Assembly: GCA_025356865.1 (NCBI GenBank)
Contig: JANXQJ010000085.1
Location: 1-59,487 of the forward strand
Length of the DNA stretch: 59,487 bases
Direction: 5' to 3'
DNA from: Deltaproteobacteria bacterium
GTDB taxonomy: Bacteria; Desulfobacterota; Deferrimicrobia; Deferrimicrobiales; Deferrimicrobiaceae
Shown: positions 39,767 to 47,187 of the stretch, piece after piece
How positions within the stretch are numbered: the first letter of the stretch is position 1
Layout: every line of letters starts with the position of its first letter
Notes under the pieces: model-generated
Told to the model about the DNA's origin: nothing
The model's database searches: none
The model's input: the letters and a program-made list of their open reading frames with translations, nothing else
Position numbers and translations under genes: made by a program

Positions 39767-40447
39767 ATGAAATACCTGATTGCCCCGTCGCTCCTTTCCT
39801 CCGATTTCGGGCGGCTGGCCGACGAAGTCCGTGCGATCGAGGCCGCAGGCGCCGACTGGCTGCACCTCGACGTGATGGACGGCCGCTTCGTACCCAACAT
39901 CACCTTCGGCCCCCCCGTGGTCGCCGCTATCAGGAAATATGCGACGCGTCCGCTCGACGTCCACCTGATGATCGTCGAGCCCGAGCGGTACATCGACGCA
40001 TTCGCTTCGGCAGGCGCCGACATCATCACCGTTCACGCCGAGGCCACGCCCCATCTGCAGCGCGCGGTGGCGCAGATCCGCGAGGCGGGAAAAAAGGCGG
40101 GCGTCGTGCTCAACCCGTCGACCCCCCTTTCCGCCATCGAATACGTGCTCTGCGACGTCGACCTGGTGCTGCTGATGTCGGTCAACCCCGGCTTCGGCGG
40201 ACAGGCCTACCTTCCGGCGGTGACCGGCAAGATCGAACGGCTGCGCACGATGATCGACCGGGCGGGGCTGCAGGTCGACATCGAGGTCGACGGCGGGATC
40301 AAGTCCGAAAACGTGGGGCAGGTGATCGCAGCGGGCGCCAACGTGATCGTTTCCGGCTCGGGCATCTTCGGCGCGAACGACTACGCGGGCGCCATCGCGC
40401 AGATGCGGAATAACATCGCGACCGCCGCTTCGGGGCTTCCGGCCTGA
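39767..40447 (+). CDS. rpe: Ribulose-phosphate 3-epimerase
   Basis: IAPSLLSSDFGRLADEV...HLDVMDGRFVPNITFG...MSVNPGFGGQ. Confidence 0.92.
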   Translation: MKYLIAPSLLSSDFGRLADEVRAIEAAGADWLHLDVMDGRFVPNITFGPPVVAAIRKYATRPLDVHLMIVEPERYIDAFASAGADIITVHAEATPHLQRAVAQIREAGKKAGVVLNPSTPLSAIEYVLCDVDLVLLMSVNPGFGGQAYLPAVTGKIERLRTMIDRAGLQVDIEVDGGIKSENVGQVIAAGANVIVSGSGIFGANDYAGAIAQMRNNIATAASGLPA

Positions 40448-40500
40448 CCGGTCGTTCGGAGCGCAACACAACTCGCACCGGACGCAGGGAGGCACGCGCT

Positions 40501-41142
40501 ATGGGTCGTATCGAGATCGGTCTCTGGCACCTCGAGGTTCGCGGCAGGAAATGCGTCGAGGCGCTCCTCAAGAACGGATTCGCCGCCGAGTTCTTCCCGA
40601 CCCAGGAAGCGTTGCGGAAGCGGCTGCTCAAGGAGTGCGAAGCGGCGCACTCGATCGGCTTCGGCGGTTCTTACTCGGTTGCCGAGATGGAGATCTACGA
40701 GGCGCTCGAGGGAAAAGGGAAGGCGCTGCTCGACCACGGGCGGGTGCCGGCCGACAAAAAGGCCGAGGTGCGGCGCGCCCAGCAGACGTGCGACCTGTTT
40801 CTCACCGGCACCAACGCGGTGACGCTCACCGGCGTCCTCGTCAATCTCGACGGCAACGGCAACCGGACCAACGCGATGACGTTCGGTCCCGGCCGCGCCA
40901 TCGTCGTCGCGGGCGCCAACAAGATCGTCTCCGACGTCCCCGACGGCCTGCGACGAATCAAGACGTTCGCCGCGCCCCGAAACGCCAAGCGTCTGGGCGT
41001 CGCCACCCCGTGCGCCACCACGGGCTTCTGCGAAGAGTGCAACTCGCCCCAGCGGATCTGCCGCGTCTACTCGATCATCGAGCGCAAGCCGGCGAACTCC
41101 GAGATCTCGGTGTTCGTCTGCGGCGACCCGATGGGGCTATAA
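40501..41142 (+). CDS. LUD-domain (DUF162, LutB/C-like) protein
   Basis: 213-aa ORF with the pattern FLTGTNAVTLTGVLVNLDGNGNR...IVVAGANKIV...C-rich tail (CATTGFCEECNSPQRIC). Confidence 0.6.
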   Translation: MGRIEIGLWHLEVRGRKCVEALLKNGFAAEFFPTQEALRKRLLKECEAAHSIGFGGSYSVAEMEIYEALEGKGKALLDHGRVPADKKAEVRRAQQTCDLFLTGTNAVTLTGVLVNLDGNGNRTNAMTFGPGRAIVVAGANKIVSDVPDGLRRIKTFAAPRNAKRLGVATPCATTGFCEECNSPQRICRVYSIIERKPANSEISVFVCGDPMGL

Positions 41143-41155
41143 GGAGGCGTCGCAA

Positions 41156-41530
41156 ATGCCGTCGATCGCGTTCATCCTCGGCTTCCTGGCCCTCGGTACG
41201 TTCACCGGTTCGGTGTCCGGCATGTTCGGCATCGGTGGCGGCATCTTCGTCATCCCGGCGATGGTGTGGTTCTTCGGCTTCAGCCAGAAGATGGCCACCG
41301 GCACGTCGCTCGGCATGCTGCTGCCGCCCATCGGCATCCTGGCGTTCCTGCAGTTCTACAAGGCCGGCAACGTCAACGTCGCGGGAGTCGTGCTGCTGGT
41401 CGCGGGTTTCCTGATCGGGTCGTACTTCGCCTCCGGCTACGCCATCGCCCTCCCCGAAAACCTCCACCGGAAACTGTTCGGCGCCCTCCTCATCGTCATG
41501 GGCACCATCTACATCGTCACATCGAAGTAG
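41156..41530 (+). CDS. TauE/SafE (DUF81) family membrane protein, half-size (124 aa, about 4 TM)
   Basis: GMFGIGGGIFVIPAMV...ATGTSL pattern is present. It is about half the usual family length. Confidence 0.65.
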   Translation: MPSIAFILGFLALGTFTGSVSGMFGIGGGIFVIPAMVWFFGFSQKMATGTSLGMLLPPIGILAFLQFYKAGNVNVAGVVLLVAGFLIGSYFASGYAIALPENLHRKLFGALLIVMGTIYIVTSK

Positions 41531-41590
41531 CGGCGGGAGCCACCTCCGAAGCGGATGCCCCATTGATCCATCGCGACTCTGGCTTTAGCG

Positions 41591-41671
41591 CTCGCGAGAA
41601 TTGACCCACCCCTGCTCATGGAAAATGACCCACCCGCCTGCCGAATAATTCCTGCTCTTCGTTTTTGATCC
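41591..41671 (+). repeat. Left-end repeat cluster: AATTGACCCACCC / AAATGACCCACCC / TTTGATCCACCCC
   Basis: TGACCC occurs at 41602 and 41626 (24-nt period). A degenerate third copy, TGATCC, occurs at 41666. Confidence 0.7.
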
Positions 41672-41853
41672 ACCCCCGACATTCTCCAACCTGATTCCGG
41701 ACGCACGACTGCGTTGGCGACGCCGTCGGTCTTCGCGTGTTTGAACTCGTAATATTTCTTTGAGGTGGTAAAAAGGTGAAGGCCCGAAGCGCGAACCTCG
41801 AACCTCGAGCCTTCACAAGAAGGATCCGCGAACACCAATCGCGGAAGCCCCCC

Positions 41854-42405
41854 TCACACCTCCCTGTTATCACGGCTTCCCGGGTGCTCGCCATCCGGGA
41901 GGGTCTTGCTATCGCCGTCCTGCTGGTCTTGCGTCAATGCGGTTTGTGCGGATACAGCTTCCATGTCTGCCGATCGTGTTACCGGGGCCAGCGCTATTGC
42001 AGCCCGGAATGCGGCGTCCAGGCGCGGGTTCTGTCGTGCCGATCTGCGCAGAGCCGCTACATCCGGACGGTTCATGGGCGCCAGAAACGTCAGGCCGCCG
42101 CCTGTCAGGGCGATCGCCAGCAAGACCGGGTATACCGCCAGCCCGTACCGCGGATCGCCCCAGAGGATCGCGTGCTCCCCCCAGTAAACCCAGTAGAAAA
42201 TCAGCAGGAAACCGGGAGCCGGCGCCAACCTCCTTCGAAACCAGTCGACGCTGCGGAACAGCAGGAACAGATAGAGTGGAACGTGGAACAGGATCGAGAG
42301 CAGCCAGAACCAGGGCCCGTGCTCGCCGGGCCGCACCAGCCCGCGTTCGATCCACCAGTCGCGCGGCGGCGCCGCAAGCGTCCTCCGGCTTCTGTCGCCT
42401 GTCAT
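41854..42405 (-). pseudogene. Membrane-protein ORF whose first ~105 codons look like the C-terminal end of a GT-C glycosyltransferase and whose tail reads into unrelated DNA
   Basis: The ATG at 42405 overlaps the upstream stop (ATGA). TM-rich stretch is present (...FWLLSILFHVPLYLFLLF...ILWGDPRYGLAVYPVLLAIAL). From about 42090 downward the frame runs antisense through a plus-strand zinc-ribbon fragment. Confidence 0.4.
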
Positions 42406-44234
42406 CGGACCGGTCCCGCGTCGCGCCATTCGGAAACGTTCAGCACGCCGACCTTGGCGGCGTAATCTCCCTTGACGAAGAGATACCTCGCGGGGCCGGC
42501 CACGAGCTCCCGCGGTCCGACGATGTAGAGATACCGGTCTGAGGAGGTGCCCGCTTTCCAGTCGCGGGCAAGCATCACGACGCCCTGCTCGGGAATCCGC
42601 CGGAATTCCCGGTTGCCGAACAGCGACAGTTTCCCGATGAAATCCTCCCGGGTGACCATGGGAACGAACGTGGTCGTCGACGCGCCGGAAACCATGGTCC
42701 GGATCGACGGCGCATCGGAACGGATGATCGCCTCGGAAGGGGAGGAGGATGCCGGGAGGAATGCAGGGGGCGATGTTGCCCTGAAACTTCGGGCGATCGA
42801 CGGGCCGGCCGCCGCGGAGATCATCAAGGCCGTCAGAAGCATCAACGCCCCGCCGGAAAACGAACCGGGAGAAGCGGAGGCCCTGTCGGGGAAAAGGTCG
42901 CAGGCAGGGCGCCAGCCCGCCAATGCGAAAGCCGGCACCAGTCCCAACAGCGGAACCGCAGCCGCGAAGACGCGAGAGCCGCCGTCGACCCACAGGACCG
43001 GAACCGAAGCTAGGACACCCGCGAGAAGGGAAAAAACCATCGTCGTTTCCCGGCGCCGCCCGTGACGCCACAGGAAAACCGGAAGACCGCCGAACAACAG
43101 CGGGAGGAAGAACCAACGGCGCCCCCCGATCGGAAGATTGGTTTCGAGCACCTCGAGCCCCTCGGGAACATGGGACACAAAGTTCCGCCAGCCAACCGCA
43201 AGCCCTTCGATCAGGCACATCGGATGCCTTCGGATCCTCGCGAGGGCCTTTTCCCGGATGAAAGCGTTTGCCGCCACCTCGGGCATTGCCCGGACCTCGG
43301 GATAGTCATCGTAGATACGCATCCAGCCGGGTGTGCCGCCCGACAACCCGTAAAGCACGAAATAGAAATTGCCGTGGCTGTTCTCGAGGCGCCCCCCGTG
43401 GATTCCGGCGATCCCGGCGTTGAAAGCTGTCGCCGCCACGACGCCCAGGATGACAGCCCCGCACGCCGCCGCCCTGGCACGTTGACCGCCCTCCCATGCG
43501 CAGAAGGCCCAGATCGCCAGCGCCGGGAGCATCAGGAAAGGGCCCGCCCGCGCATGAAGCGCCAGTGTCAGGGCGAGGGACCCGAATCCGAGCAGGCGGC
43601 GGCTTCCGGTGCGGGCCGATGACCAGAGCAGCGACAAGCCGAGGGCGCCAAACGTCAGGCCGAGGATCTCGGACAAGACGAAGTGAAGGTAGACGGTGGC
43701 GAAGATCAGCGAGAAGACAAAGGCCGCAAGGCCGCCAGCCCAGCCCAGGTCGCGGCGGACCGTCCGGAACAACGCGAACAGCGCGCCCCCCAGGAGCGCC
43801 GCCTGCAGCAGAAGCGCTCCGCGAAGCCCGCCACCCGAAAGCGCCAGCCGGACCGCCAGCAAGGAAGCATTCAGCGGACGACGCAGGTTCCATTCATCAA
43901 GTTTTCCGGATTGCAGAAGGTCGAATGCGCCCTTGTAGTACTGCTCGGCGTCGGACAATGGCAACAGGCCGAACAGGCAACCGCCGTCGGACCCAGCATC
44001 CATCCACGCTTTCGTCAACGGCACCAGGCAACATGCGACCGAAAGTGCGAGGCCCGCAACTTCGGGAAATATCGTCCCCCAGGCAGGCACAACGGATCCA
44101 TCCCGAATCCCGAAGCGTACCAGCGCGGCCCGGGCCAGCCCCGCCAGGCCGCCTGCCGCGGCCACAGCGATCAGCATCCGGGGAAGCAGCCCGGCCTCGT
44201 CCCGGAGCAGATCCAGGAAGAAATGGTCAGGCAT
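42402..44234 (-). CDS. Polytopic membrane protein (~10+ TM) with a C-terminal soluble domain; GT-C-like glycosyltransferase is a weak guess
   Basis: 610-aa ORF with many hydrophobic helices and a first-loop acidic motif (LSDAEQYYKGAFDLL). No WWDYG motif was seen. It overlaps the upstream methyltransferase stop by 8 nt. Confidence 0.55.
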   Translation of the reverse strand: MPDHFFLDLLRDEAGLLPRMLIAVAAAGGLAGLARAALVRFGIRDGSVVPAWGTIFPEVAGLALSVACCLVPLTKAWMDAGSDGGCLFGLLPLSDAEQYYKGAFDLLQSGKLDEWNLRRPLNASLLAVRLALSGGGLRGALLLQAALLGGALFALFRTVRRDLGWAGGLAAFVFSLIFATVYLHFVLSEILGLTFGALGLSLLWSSARTGSRRLLGFGSLALTLALHARAGPFLMLPALAIWAFCAWEGGQRARAAACGAVILGVVAATAFNAGIAGIHGGRLENSHGNFYFVLYGLSGGTPGWMRIYDDYPEVRAMPEVAANAFIREKALARIRRHPMCLIEGLAVGWRNFVSHVPEGLEVLETNLPIGGRRWFFLPLLFGGLPVFLWRHGRRRETTMVFSLLAGVLASVPVLWVDGGSRVFAAAVPLLGLVPAFALAGWRPACDLFPDRASASPGSFSGGALMLLTALMISAAAGPSIARSFRATSPPAFLPASSSPSEAIIRSDAPSIRTMVSGASTTTFVPMVTREDFIGKLSLFGNREFRRIPEQGVVMLARDWKAGTSSDRYLYIVGPRELVAGPARYLFVKGDYAAKVGVLNVSEWRDAGPVR

Positions 44235-45056
44235 TCTTTTTCAGCAGGTATTCCACGTTGGCCTCGCCGGTCTTTACCTTGAGCACCTCGAACCCCGGTT
44301 CGTCGGTCACGAAAGCGGTCACTTCTTCGGGGGTCGACGGTTCGTACGGCCACCCGCCCAGCCAGTCGCGGATGTAGCGGATCGACTCGAAGCGCTGGGA
44401 AAACGGTCGATCCTTGAAGAAGTGGCGGTAGACGTGGTCTAGTTCCATCAGTCGCTTCTTCGTTTTCCCGGAACGGTTGTACTGCTTCTTGATCCGGATC
44501 CAGTGATCCGACATCGCGGTCTTTTCGGAGAGCGCGAGATAGAAGACGCCCCCGGGGGCGACCCGCGTCGCCGCGTTGCGCACGCTTCCCAGAGGGCACC
44601 GGTGTGGTGGAGCACGCCCCACGAATAGACGATGTCCGCGGGCGCGATTCCGGAAACGAACGCCTCGTCGAGCACCGACCCGTGGAGCACGGTCCAGTTC
44701 GGGGGATTGCCCGCCAACTCCCGCATCATCTCCGTCGTCTTCACCGAGAAGGGATCGACGTCGAAGCTGACAACCCGGGCCGAACCGGCCCGGATTGCCG
44801 CCAGCGAGTGGATGCCGCTGCCGCAGCCGACGTCGAGGAAAGTCTTGCCGGACAGGTTCTTCGCCTCGAGGAACGCCAGCATGTGGTCGCTGGATATCCT
44901 GACGCGCTCGTCGCTGAAGTTGCGTTCGGCGAACTCCTGCCAGTTGGGGATAGGAAATTCCTTTTTTTCACCTGTCGGGGGCGGGAGGGGGAATCGCCCC
45001 TTCCGCCCGTCGTTCATTCGGGTGAAGGCCTTGCACTCAGACCTCTCTCGGGACAT
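44227..45056 (-). pseudogene. Class I SAM-dependent methyltransferase interrupted by a frameshift near 44585
   Basis: Motif I (FLDVGCGSGIHS) through ...YSWGVLHHTGALWEA lies in ORF 44448-45056. The continuation (VRNAATRVAPGGVFYLA...) lies in ORF 44227-44622, offset by one nucleotide. Confidence 0.7.
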
Positions 45057-45213
45057 GATCCGCGCCCCCGGTCAAACGGCGTCGTGAAAGCTCTTCCCGC
45101 TGATTCTCGCGGTCAGTATACTACTCGCGAGAACCGCCGGACACCGGATTTCGGGCGCGGTGCGGGTGTCTCGCTACCCGGCGTCGTCCTCATTGGTCCG
45201 GCCCCCGGTCGCC

Positions 45214-45610
45214 TTATTGCGGTCCGTAGTCCGGGAAGGGGTCGTGGGCGTAATCGTCGACGCGGGGCGGTGCGCGTGCAGGGATCGCGTCGGTGTCGTA
45301 GACGCGGCGGATGAGACGTGCCCACGATTTACGACGGGCCTTGAGCCAACCGGATTCCGGTTCTATCGCACTCTCCGGTTCCGGTATCGCGTCGGGATCG
45401 GGCAGCACGAACGCCTCCCGCCGTTTCGCGATTCCGCGATGTGCGTTCGAGTAGGTGCCGTAGTAGTGGACGAGCTGGGTGCCGGGCTCAAAGGATGTGA
45501 GACGTCACCCTGGCGATCCACTCCAGGTAGTCGAAGTCCTGGTGTTCCGGCTGTATCGACATGTCGCTGTGGTCGTTGCCGGTTCCCTTTGCGAGGTAGC
45601 GCAACAGATC
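45214..45610 (-). pseudogene. C-terminal fragment of an IS91-family-like (Y2/HUH rolling-circle) transposase; 5'-truncated and frameshifted near 45497
   Basis: The minus strand reads DLLRYLAKGTGNDHSDMSIQPEHQDFDYLEWIARVTSH. After a frame change it reads EPGTQLVHYYGTYSNAHRGIAKRR...RKSWARLIRRVYDTD...DPFPDYGPQ*. Confidence 0.55.
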
Positions 45611-46080
45611 AAGGGGCTGGCCCGCCTGGACTTCCTCGCGCAGGGCACCAACCTGGTCTTCATCGGCCCAGCCGGGGTCGGCAAGACGGGGCTGGCCAGC
45701 GCGATCCTCCGAAAGCCCTCCAGAACGGGCACAAGGGGCTCTTCGTCAAGGCGCAGGACCTCTTCGACGAGATGTACGCCTCGCTGGCCGACCGGGGAAC
45801 GAGGAAGTTGATCGACCGGCTCGCACGCGTCGATCTGTTGCTGATCGACGAGCTCGGCTACCTGAACCTGAAGCCGGAGCAGACCAACATCTTCTTCAAA
45901 CTGATGGAGGAACGCTACAACCGGAAATCCACGATCATCACGACCAACCTGGATTACGACGACTGGTACGGCTTCCTCGGGAACAAGCATATGGTCGTGG
46001 CGCTTCTGGACCGGTTGCGTCACCGATGCCAGACCATCAAGATCGACGGGCCGTCGCTGCGCGCGCCCGCCGAGCCGTGA
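45611..46080 (+). pseudogene. istB: IS21-family helper ATPase IstB; N-terminally truncated and frameshifted near 45715
   Basis: Walker A (NLVFIGPAGVGKTGLASAIL) is in one frame. The rest (GHKGLFVKAQDLFDEM...VDLLLIDELGYL...IITTNLDYDDWYGFLGN...LDRLRHRCQTIKIDGPSLR) is in another. One missing base restores ...ILRKALQNGHKG... Confidence 0.8.
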
Positions 46081-46228
46081 TCGGCAACGACGCGACAACT
46101 TCCCCCGCACGACCTTCTTCCCCAAAAACATCCGTTCCAGCAAAGGCAACGCATCGCAAACCCGTGGTGCGTCTGTCGATCTGCCGATCAAAATCGACAA
46201 TCGAAACGGGAATCCGAAAATCAGGGGC

Positions 46229-46272
46229 GGGTCAGTTCAGGAGAGCGTAAACGGGTCAGTTTTGGTGAGCGA
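46229..46272 (-). repeat. Right-end repeat cluster (inverted relative to the left end): GGGTCAGTT x2
   Basis: GGGTCA occurs at 46229 and 46253 (24-nt period). The 20 nt read inward from the end match the left end at 15 of 20 positions (TCGCTCACCAAAACTGACCC versus GCGCTCGCGAGAATTGACCC). Confidence 0.65.
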
Positions 46273-46330
46273 CGCGACTCTGGTTCTGTTCCCCGCCCGA
46301 CGTGCGACTCCGCCCTGTGCGACTCCGCCC

Positions 46331-46360
46331 TTGACGCGGGGGCCCTCCTTCTAATATAAT
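46331..46360 (+). promoter_or_regulatory. Sigma-70 type promoter of tRNA-Pro
   Basis: TTGACG (46331-46336), an 18-nt spacer, then TATAAT (46355-46360). The tRNA begins 15 nt after the -10 box. Confidence 0.7.
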
Positions 46361-46374
46361 TCTGGGTCTTTCAT

Positions 46375-46451
46375 CGGGATGTGGCTCAGCTTGGTAGAGC
46401 ACCTCGTTCGGGACGAGGGGGTCGCTGGTTCAAATCCAGTCATCCCGACCA
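46375..46451 (+). tRNA. tRNA-Pro (anticodon CGG), with encoded CCA
   Basis: The cloverleaf was checked by hand. Acceptor stem CGGGATG/CATCCCG; D stem GCTC/GAGC; anticodon stem CCTCG/CGAGG; loop TTCGGGA; T stem GCTGG/CCAGT with a TTCAAAT loop; G37; discriminator A; CCA. Confidence 0.93.
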
Positions 46452-46460
46452 TTTGATCCA

Positions 46461-46498
46461 AGGGGTTACGGCAACCGCGCCGTGACCCCTTTTTGTTT
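46461..46498 (+). terminator. Rho-independent terminator after tRNA-Pro
   Basis: Hairpin aggggttacgg / ccgtgacccct (one G-T pair) followed by TTTTTGTTT. Confidence 0.75.
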
Positions 46499-46554
46499 CC
46501 CCCGTCCCCTTCGCTCCGTTATCCTGTTTCTTCGGGGGAAGGGGGGCACACGCC

Positions 46555-47163
46555 ATGATCACGACGCTGCTCGATGGCAACAAGCGGTTCGTCGCCGAGA
46601 CGTTCTCCAAGGACCAGGCGCGCTACGCCGACCTGGCGAAGGCGCAGCGGCCAACGGTGCTCTGGATCGGCTGCTCCGATTCCCGGGTGCCCGTCAACAC
46701 CATCACGGGGAGCGGCGCGGGCGAGGTCTTCGTCCACCGCAACGTCGGCAACATCGTCGCCACCAACGACTGGAACCTCTCGGCCGTGCTCGAGTTCTCG
46801 ACCAACCACCTGAAAATTCCCGACATCGTCATCTGCGGCCACTACGGCTGCGGCGGGATCGAGGCGCTCGAGGAAGAGAGCCCCGAGGACAAGTACATCC
46901 CGGTCTGGCTGATCAACGCCTACAAGGCGAAGGAGCGGGTCGACGAGAAGATCCGGGCGCTCCACATCGAGATTCCGCCCGAGAAACGGATGGAGCTCAT
47001 CGTCGAGGAGAACGTCCGCCTCCAGCTCGAGCACCTGCAGGAATACCCCTTCATCCGGAAGTCGATGCGCGAGAAGAAGGTCAACATCCACGGCTGGGTC
47101 TACGACATGAACTCGGGCGAGATCAAGGTGCTGCAGCGAAATACCGTCCCCGTGCGGGAATAG
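46555..47163 (+). CDS. can: Beta-class carbonic anhydrase
   Basis: LWIGCSDSRVP, VHRNVGN and ICGHYGCGG motifs are present. Confidence 0.9.
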   Translation: MITTLLDGNKRFVAETFSKDQARYADLAKAQRPTVLWIGCSDSRVPVNTITGSGAGEVFVHRNVGNIVATNDWNLSAVLEFSTNHLKIPDIVICGHYGCGGIEALEEESPEDKYIPVWLINAYKAKERVDEKIRALHIEIPPEKRMELIVEENVRLQLEHLQEYPFIRKSMREKKVNIHGWVYDMNSGEIKVLQRNTVPVRE

Positions 47164-47187
47164 CGAACCCCAGGAGAAAAAAGAGAA

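Larger units (their letters stand above)
41583..46272. mobile_element. Degraded, mosaic mobile-element patch (IS21-like ends, IstB remnant, IS91-type transposase remnant, cargo-like genes)
   Basis: The patch is flanked by the identical 11-mer CGCGACTCTGG (41572-41582 and 46273-46283). Paired TGACCC repeats spaced 24 nt apart occur in inverted orientation at both ends. The interior contains two transposition-gene fragments and two frameshifted genes. Confidence 0.55.

Noticed and set aside
41509-41894. Minus-strand ORFs 41509-41838 and 41616-41894 at the left edge of the accessory patch.
   Set aside because: They run through the terminal repeat cluster (the repeats translate as GGS/WV motifs) and into the tauE 3' end. 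No family features or start signals were seen.
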